Source: an uncultured Candidatus Saccharibacteria bacterium
GTDB lineage: Bacteria; Patescibacteriota; Minisyncoccia; Phycocordibacterales; WO2-35-19
Assembly (NCBI GenBank): GCA_964630525.1
Contig: CAZVUY010000001.1
Span: 44,883 to 108,882, forward strand
Length of the DNA stretch: 64,000 nt
Direction of reading: 5' to 3'
Shown: piece after piece, positions 58,441 to 64,000 of the stretch
Layout: each line of letters opens with the position of its first letter
How positions within the stretch are numbered: the first letter of the stretch is position 1
Notes under the pieces: model-generated
Database searches by the model: none
Told to the model about the DNA's origin: nothing
Seen by the model: the letters and a program-made list of their open reading frames with translations, nothing else
Position numbers and translations under genes: made by a program

Positions 58441-59304
58441 ATGAATACGAGGCTCAAAATAAAACTCGGGATCTTGCTCCTCCTGGTCATCACTCTTGTT
58501 TTTGCAATCTACCTTTCTTTTAAGGAAAATGGGGGCAAACTTACGGTTGCTTTCCTAAATATTGGTCAAGGAGATGCGATTTTTATCGAAGCCCCATCTG
58601 GCAACCAGCTCCTGATAGATGGCGGGCCTGGCAAACCGGTTCTCAGAGAACTCTCTCAGGTGATGCCGTTTTATGATCATTCGATCGACATTGTCATGGC
58701 CACCCACCCGGACGCCGATCATATCGGCGGCCTACCCGACGTTCTCGAGCGATACAAAACAGATCTTTTTTTGGAGCCAGGAGTGGAAGGGGGCACAAAT
58801 GTTTATAAAGAGTTGGAGTCAAAAGTAAAAAGTCTAAAAATTAAAAGGTTGGAAGTAAGGAGGGGAATGGTGGTCGATCTGGGAGAGGGGGCTCTTTTGC
58901 AAATCCTCTTTCCAGTCACTGATCCGGAGGGAATGGAGACCAACACTGCTTCCATTGTCGCCCGACTGGTCTACGGTGAACATGAATTTTTGCTCACCGG
59001 CGACTCTCCAAAAAATATTGAGGAATACCTGACCAAAGAATCATGCAAAGGGTGCCCCTTTGCACTTGAAGCTGATGTTTTGAAAGCCGGGCACCATGGA
59101 TCCAAAACTTCCACTTCTGATTTGTTTGTAAAAGCAGTAGCCCCCAAATACGCGGTCATCTCCGCTGGTCGCGACAACCGCTACGGCCATCCGCACCAAG
59201 AAGTACTCGACACTCTCACCCAACATAAGATTCAAATCCTCCGCACTGACCAGGAGGGGAGGATCATTTTCGAGAGCGATGGGGTGAACTTAAGGATTAG
59301 ATAA
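58441..59304 (+). CDS. ComEC C-terminal metallo-beta-lactamase domain protein (split from the channel domain)
   Basis: signal-anchor; HPDADHIGG and AGHHGS motifs. Confidence 0.8.
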   Translation: MNTRLKIKLGILLLLVITLVFAIYLSFKENGGKLTVAFLNIGQGDAIFIEAPSGNQLLIDGGPGKPVLRELSQVMPFYDHSIDIVMATHPDADHIGGLPDVLERYKTDLFLEPGVEGGTNVYKELESKVKSLKIKRLEVRRGMVVDLGEGALLQILFPVTDPEGMETNTASIVARLVYGEHEFLLTGDSPKNIEEYLTKESCKGCPFALEADVLKAGHHGSKTSTSDLFVKAVAPKYAVISAGRDNRYGHPHQEVLDTLTQHKIQILRTDQEGRIIFESDGVNLRIR

Positions 59305-59536
59305 CCCCGGCGTCTTTGAGGGCAGAGTAGGCACCTTTCTTTTGGATAGTCTTGATACCCTTGGCAGAGAGGGTGAGATTGAAGCTCTTGTTCAATTCAG
59401 GCACAAAAATCTTCTTTTTCTGCAAATTAGCAAATCTCCGTGTGTTTCCACATGGATTGAATTGAGTGGCGCGGGTGCGGTTTGAATATTTGCCGCCCAC
59501 TTGAGATGATTTTCCTGTAATAACACAAACCTTCAT
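59297..59536 (-). CDS. rpmB: 50S ribosomal protein L28
   Basis: MKVCVITGKSSQVGGKYSNR bL28 pattern. Confidence 0.8.
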   Translation of the reverse strand: MKVCVITGKSSQVGGKYSNRTRATQFNPCGNTRRFANLQKKKIFVPELNKSFNLTLSAKGIKTIQKKGAYSALKDAGVI

Positions 59537-59567
59537 AGTGCAAAGTATGCTAACATAGGGATACTCA

Positions 59568-60203
59568 TTGAGTCAAATAGGTTCAGTAATAGAAAATATC
59601 ATGGAATTTCTTTTCGTTATCATCATCCTTATAATGTCGGTCGTTATCCACGAGGTTTCTCATGGCTATGCGGCTCTCGCTCTCGGCGACCCGACAGCCA
59701 AATATGAAGGTCGGCTGACCTTAAACCCGATCTCGCACCTTGATCCAGTGGGTTCGGTCTTGGTACCCCTCATGGGATATTTCTTGGGCGGTTTCATTAT
59801 CGGTTGGGCCAAACCAGTACCATTTAATCCTTATAATCTGAAAAATACGCGGTGGGGAGAAGCTTTGGTAGCAGTGGCTGGACCAATATCTAATATATTG
59901 ATTGCTTTGATTTTTGGATTGATTATCAGATCAGAGATCATCATCAGTATACCGTTTCTAAATCTGGCCAGTTTTGTGGTACTCATCAATATTACTCTCG
60001 CTGTTTTCAACCTGATGCCCATACCTCCGCTCGACGGATCTAAGATTTTGTTTGCTCTTTTACCTTATAAATGGCACCAGCTAAGGGTTTCTATGGAGCA
60101 GTACGGCCTCATCTTGGTTTTGGTTTTCGTCTTTTTTATCTGGCAAATCTTGAGTCCTATTATCGGTATCCTGTTTTCGACAATCACCGGTCTAGCCCTG
60201 TAG
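59568..60203 (+). CDS. site-2 protease (M50) family membrane metalloprotease
   Basis: HEVSHG HExxH in a TM helix. Confidence 0.8.
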   Translation: MSQIGSVIENIMEFLFVIIILIMSVVIHEVSHGYAALALGDPTAKYEGRLTLNPISHLDPVGSVLVPLMGYFLGGFIIGWAKPVPFNPYNLKNTRWGEALVAVAGPISNILIALIFGLIIRSEIIISIPFLNLASFVVLINITLAVFNLMPIPPLDGSKILFALLPYKWHQLRVSMEQYGLILVLVFVFFIWQILSPIIGILFSTITGLAL

Positions 60204-60299
60204 CTTGCATATTTTGAAGCTTTGTATTAAATTATCCCCATTGCTTTTTGTTTGTCCTCAAGCGTTTCAGCTTAGGCTACAAGCTCTAAGCTTTTTGAG

Positions 60300-60716
60300 A
60301 TGTCGACCATCAATCAATTGGTAAAAAAGAAAAGGAAGTCCACCCGCTCCAAATCAAAAGCGGTGGCTTTGATGCGCGGCTTCAATACCCTGAAAAACAG
60401 ACCTGTTTACTACCCATCTCCTTTCAAAAGAGGAGTCTGTACTAAGGTCACCACCAAAACCCCAAGGAAGCCTAACTCGGCTATCAGGAAGATCGCCAGG
60501 GTACGATTGACCAACGGTATGGAAGTGACCGCCTATATCCCAGGTATCGGCCATAATTTGCAAGAGCACTCAGTAGTCACCCTCCGAGGTGGTAGGGTAA
60601 AGGATATTGGAGTTAGGTACACCATTGTACGAGGCAGACTCGATGCTGCCGGAGTCGACAAGCGACGCACCTCAAGGTCAAGCTACGGTGTCAAGAAGCC
60701 TAAAGATGCTAAATAA
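60300..60716 (+). CDS. rpsL: 30S ribosomal protein S12
   Basis: [13 protein letters not shown]...PNSAIRK uS12. Confidence 0.93.
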   Translation: MSTINQLVKKKRKSTRSKSKAVALMRGFNTLKNRPVYYPSPFKRGVCTKVTTKTPRKPNSAIRKIARVRLTNGMEVTAYIPGIGHNLQEHSVVTLRGGRVKDIGVRYTIVRGRLDAAGVDKRRTSRSSYGVKKPKDAK

Positions 60717-60725
60717 AAACAGATT

Positions 60726-61196
60726 ATGCGAGGAAAAGTAAAAAACCGAAATATTGTCTCTCCAGACGTCGTTTACAACTCAGAAAAAGTGGAGAAATTT
60801 ATAAATTACACTATGGAGCGCGGCAAGAAGAACGCAGCTCGTAAGATTGTTTACACTGCTTTCGATTTGATTAAAGAAAAAGCCAAAGTCGCTGATCCGA
60901 TGGAAGTTTTTGATACCGCTTTAAAAAATACTGGTCCAACCATGGAAGTCAGGTCTCGCCGAGTCGGTGGCGCCAACTACCAGGTCCCGAGAGAGGTCCG
61001 TCCAGAGAGGAGATCATACCTTTCGATGAAATGGATCATCGAGGCCGCTCGAAACAAAAAAGGCAAACCAATGGCTGAAAAGCTCTCCGAAGAAATAATT
61101 TTGGCTAGCAAAAACGAAGGAGAAGCTATCAAGAAGCGTGAGAACGTCCACAAGATGGCCGAAGCCAACAAAGCCTTCGCCCACTTCGCGTGGTAG
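60726..61196 (+). CDS. rpsG: 30S ribosomal protein S7
   Basis: 156 aa uS7. Confidence 0.92.
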   Translation: MRGKVKNRNIVSPDVVYNSEKVEKFINYTMERGKKNAARKIVYTAFDLIKEKAKVADPMEVFDTALKNTGPTMEVRSRRVGGANYQVPREVRPERRSYLSMKWIIEAARNKKGKPMAEKLSEEIILASKNEGEAIKKRENVHKMAEANKAFAHFAW

Positions 61197-61221
61197 GAGT
61201 TTGAATATTAGGCAAAACATG

Positions 61222-61245
61222 ACCGCGATAAGCGGTTTTTGTTTG
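61222..61245 (+). terminator. rho-independent terminator after rpsG
   Basis: ACCGC-GATAA-GCGGT then TTTTTGTTT. Confidence 0.6.
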
Positions 61246-61254
61246 CTTAGCGAT

Positions 61255-61293
61255 ATACACAATATTCAGACGACCGTCTAAAAATAGTGTAGT
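61255..61293. promoter_or_regulatory. ~36-bp imperfect palindrome (TACACAATATTCAGACGACCGTCTAAAAATAGTGTA), candidate operator; repeated at 61883-61921
   Basis: direct comparison of the two copies flanking the regulator gene. Confidence 0.45.
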
Positions 61294-61308
61294 AAAATCA
61301 AAGAAACT

Positions 61309-61875
61309 ATGAGCAAGAAAGTGGATGTAGAAAAAAGAGCTAAAAAAGCCAAAATACAACAAATAATATTGGAGTCAGTAAAGCTGGCTGGTTACATTGG
61401 TCTAACTGCATTTGCTCCAAAAGTATTGGCACAAATGAAAAGACTGGGGTTGGTTACACACCCAAGACAAATTGAATCGGTTAAAAGATCCAAAGATAAA
61501 CTTATCAAAAAGGGTTTATTGGAGTTAAAAAATGATCAATTAATCATCACCCAACATGGAAGAAGGTACCTTTTGAAGTGTTTGTCCTTGGGAGAAAAGG
61601 AAAGATTGGATAATAAAAAATGGGACAAAAAGTGGAGAGTGATTATTTTCGATGTTCCAGAAACAAAGAGATTTGATCGAAATAATATTAGACAAGCTTT
61701 GGTTTCAATAGGTTTTTTGCGGCTACAAAACAGTGTTTGGGTTTATCCATACAATTGCGAAGATTTAATAAATTTACTAAAAACAGATACCGAAACAGAG
61801 AAGGATGTGATTTACATGATTGTTGATCAAATCGAAAATGACGAAGAAATAAAAAAATATTTCGGTCTGAAGTAA
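61309..61875 (+). CDS. winged-helix transcriptional regulator, PaaX-like (wHTH + PaaX-middle/Cas2-like-fold domain), inserted between rpsG and fusA
   Basis: N-terminal wHTH; WDKKWRVIIFDVPETKRFDRNNIRQALVSIGFLRLQNSVWVY similar to the PaaX WDGKWLLL...LIWQGFGAL segment. Confidence 0.45.
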   Translation: MSKKVDVEKRAKKAKIQQIILESVKLAGYIGLTAFAPKVLAQMKRLGLVTHPRQIESVKRSKDKLIKKGLLELKNDQLIITQHGRRYLLKCLSLGEKERLDNKKWDKKWRVIIFDVPETKRFDRNNIRQALVSIGFLRLQNSVWVYPYNCEDLINLLKTDTETEKDVIYMIVDQIENDEEIKKYFGLK

Positions 61876-61882
61876 AACTGCA

Positions 61883-61921
61883 TACACTAAAATAAGACGA
61901 TCGTTCTAAAATAGTGTATTT
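61883..61921. promoter_or_regulatory. second copy of the palindromic operator-like repeat
   Basis: TACACTAAAATAAGACGATCGTTCTAAAATAGTGTA. Confidence 0.45.
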
Positions 61922-61951
61922 ATTTAGATCATAAAATCCTATAAAAAGGAG

Positions 61952-61975
61952 ATCGCCGGATAAGAATCCGGCGAT
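61952..61975. terminator. bidirectional rho-independent terminator
   Basis: ATCGCCGGA-TAAGAA-TCCGGCGAT with T-runs on both strands. Confidence 0.55.
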
Positions 61976-61980
61976 TAGTT

Positions 61981-62250
61981 TTATACCTTCCGCGTCCTAG
62001 CCATTTTGATGTCCCTGATACAGATCTCTCGAATTTTAGTCTGAGCTTCTCGCAAGATAGCTCCTCTCAGTGGATAGAGGTTGCATGCTCTTTTTAAGAA
62101 AACTTCTTTATATTGAGCCACAGAAAGTCCAGATGCTGGCTTCCTAACCCCTCGAAAAAGGATAGGTTCTAGTAGTTTCAAGTCATTACGGCCTAAGTCT
62201 CGAATGCTTTCGCAGACAAAACCAAGCACCTGTATTAATAACTGTTGCAT
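61981..62250 (-). CDS. hypothetical protein (89 aa)
   Basis: ORF only. Confidence 0.3.
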   Translation of the reverse strand: MQQLLIQVLGFVCESIRDLGRNDLKLLEPILFRGVRKPASGLSVAQYKEVFLKRACNLYPLRGAILREAQTKIREICIRDIKMARTRKV

Positions 62251-62304
62251 TCAGATTCCTCCCAAATCAATCTAACACGGGTTTAAGTTTTTGCAATTTA
62301 AAAC

Positions 62305-62328
62305 AAAGCCCCGGATAAGCGGGGCTTT
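62305..62328 (-). terminator. hairpin terminator after the 104-aa gene
   Basis: AAAGCCCCG-GATAA-GCGGGGCTTT. Confidence 0.45.
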
Positions 62329-62338
62329 GGTGTCAGTG

Positions 62339-62653
62339 TTACTTCGAGATTTTTTTATTTCGGTACCATACTCGCCATATTTGCCAGCGAGGTCCTGAGA
62401 GATCGGTAAGATTGGGTCCCGTAGTTTCTGAAATAGAAACCACTTCATAGAATTGTTCCACCTCCCCTTCAAGAGTTTGGACTATTTCTGTCACTACTTC
62501 GAGGGCAGATTCATCGGACCTGAGAGAATACCCAGTAGGGTTATCAGCTTCGAAGCCATTTACGAATATCCTACTCTCCTCATCAAATCCTTCCACACGA
62601 ATTCTATTCCTACCAGAGTCGTAGGAAATATCTAGTACATGTAGCGTGGGCAT
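62339..62653 (-). CDS. hypothetical protein (104 aa)
   Basis: ORF followed by a terminator hairpin. Confidence 0.35.
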   Translation of the reverse strand: MPTLHVLDISYDSGRNRIRVEGFDEESRIFVNGFEADNPTGYSLRSDESALEVVTEIVQTLEGEVEQFYEVVSISETTGPNLTDLSGPRWQIWRVWYRNKKISK

Positions 62654-62775
62654 AAAACCTCCAGAGGAAATCTACCACGAACCCTAAATTTTGCAATTTG
62701 AGGAGGAGTAGTGTATATTTTCAGCGTTTCCTTCGGGACTTTTTTGTATCTAATTTTTAATCATTAATTAAAATT

Positions 62776-64000
62776 ATGAATCGTGATTATCCGCTAGAGA
62801 AAGTTAGAAATTTTGGGATCATTGCCCATATTGATGCTGGGAAAACCACCACTTCCGAGCGTATTTTGTACTACACCGGTAGCCAACATAAGATTGGTGA
62901 GGTGCATGAGGGCGAGACCACTACCGACTGGATGGAGCAGGAGCGAGAGCGAGGTATCACGATCACCGCGGCCGCCATCACTTGTTTTTGGGCGCCTACC
63001 TATCTCTCACAGGAAGATCGAAACAAAAAAGAAAATAAGTGCCGTTTCAATATTATCGACACCCCCGGTCACATCGACTTCACGGTAGAGGTGAAGCGCT
63101 CCATGCGCGTACTTGACGGTGCGGTTTGTGTTTTCGATGGGGTAGCAGGGGTTGAACCACAGTCCGAAACCAACTGGCGCTACGCCGAGGAAGCTTCGGT
63201 GCCTCGACTTTGCTTTATAAACAAGCTCGACCGTACTGGTGCCAACTTTGAAAAGTCTTACAAATCGATCCTTGATCGACTTTCTAAAAAAGCGGTTCGA
63301 ATGCAGATCCCAATCGGCGAAGAAGACAAGCACGAAGGAGTGATCGATCTTTTAACAATGAAAGCTTTCGATTTCGAAGGCAAGCTTGGTGACAACGTAG
63401 TTGAGGTACCAATGCCAGAAAACCTAAAAGCTGAAGCTCTGCAATACCGTTCAGAACTAATAGAAAGAATTGTTGAAAATGATGATGAGATGATGAACAA
63501 ATACCTCGCTGGGGAAGAAATAGCAGTCTCTGACCTGAAAAAAATTCTCAGAAAAGCAGTCGTCCAAAACAAAATATTCCCAGTTTTTTGCGGCTCCGCC
63601 CTCAAAAACAAGGGGGTTCAATTGGTACTAGATGCCGTAGTCGACTACCTGCCTTCACCGCTCGACATTCCCCCAGTCAAAGGTACCGACCCAAGAACAG
63701 GCAATGAAATCGAGCGCCATTCTTCTGATAGCGAGCCTTTTGCAGCATTGGCCTTCAAACTGCAAGCTGATCCGTTTGTCGGACAACTGACTTTCTTTCG
63801 AGTTTATTCTGGTACCATCGAATCAGGATCTTATATCTACAACGCCTCAACCGGTGAAAAGGAGAGGTTGGGCCGTATTGTCCGACTACAAGCTGACCAA
63901 AGAGAGGAAGTAAAGAAAGTTTATGCTGGAGAGATCGCTGCTGCCGTGGGTCTGAAGAACGCCAAAACTTCTCACACTTTTGCCGATGAAAACAACCCGA
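62776..64000 (+). CDS. fusA: elongation factor G (N-terminal part; continues beyond the window end)
   Basis: [35 protein letters not shown]...DTPGHIDF; not in the ORF track because there is no stop before the window end. Confidence 0.9.
   Translation, partial: MNRDYPLEKVRNFGIIAHIDAGKTTTSERILYYTGSQHKIGEVHEGETTTDWMEQERERGITITAAAITCFWAPTYLSQEDRNKKENKCRFNIIDTPGHIDFTVEVKRSMRVLDGAVCVFDGVAGVEPQSETNWRYAEEASVPRLCFINKLDRTGANFEKSYKSILDRLSKKAVRMQIPIGEEDKHEGVIDLLTMKAFDFEGKLGDNVVEVPMPENLKAEALQYRSELIERIVENDDEMMNKYLAGEEIAVSDLKKILRKAVVQNKIFPVFCGSALKNKGVQLVLDAVVDYLPSPLDIPPVKGTDPRTGNEIERHSSDSEPFAALAFKLQADPFVGQLTFFRVYSGTIESGSYIYNASTGEKERLGRIVRLQADQREEVKKVYAGEIAAAVGLKNAKTSHTFADENNP

Noticed and set aside
61309-61875. 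Cas2 (CRISPR adaptation) call for the 188-aa ORF
   Set aside because: The Cas2-like motif sits in the middle of the protein behind a wHTH domain and no CRISPR array or cas1 is present; PaaX-like regulator fits better
1-64000. CRISPR arrays, rRNA genes, transposase/integrase genes
   Set aside because: No regularly spaced direct repeats, no rRNA-like sequence and no recognisable transposase or integrase ORF seen. The repeats present are irregularly dispersed MITE-like elements

Overview
This 64 kb window looks like a small-genome, low-GC bacterium, and its gene content suggests a Patescibacteria/CPR-like organism. It is dominated by housekeeping genes: a fragmented S10/spc ribosomal-protein cluster, tuf, nusA, nusG-secE-rplK, rpsL-rpsG-fusA, a dTMP-synthesis cluster, argS, cca, recJ and rnhA. 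It also carries a split comEC, a copper-resistance module (csoR-copA) and a DinJ/YafQ toxin-antitoxin pair. I identified six tRNAs by hand: His, Leu, Arg, Gly and two Pro.

The parts that deserve a second look are these:
1. A four-gene defence-like island sits where the spc operon should continue after rplE. It encodes an EcoRI-methylase-like adenine methyltransferase, an OLD-family ATPase/TOPRIM nuclease, a DinD/Bro-N protein and a DUF262+HNH nuclease.
2. Three tRNA genes are each followed by a 120-170 nt element. Each element opens with a conserved 9-bp hairpin (with a compensatory base change) and ends with a 17-20 nt duplicate of the tRNA 3' end. This looks like an att-site or a tRNA-targeting mini-element.
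3. Three families of miniature repeats are present. One is a ~42-bp TTCGTGT-rich repeat that flanks a GxxExxY nuclease gene as inverted copies and is scattered as solo or paired copies in r-protein intergenic spaces. One is a GC-rich palindromic repeat inserted in frame inside the argS and folD coding sequences. One is a ~100-bp element with terminal inverted repeats, one copy of which forms the 3' end of comEC.
4. Several structured non-coding regions stand out: a perfect 19-bp hairpin/terminator between rpsJ and rplC, a terminator-bearing structured RNA upstream of a DUF378 gene, a nusA leader attenuator, and a GC-rich island of unknown nature at 11.7-12.06 kb.

All calls were made by eye from the sequence and the six-frame ORF track. 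No database search was run.
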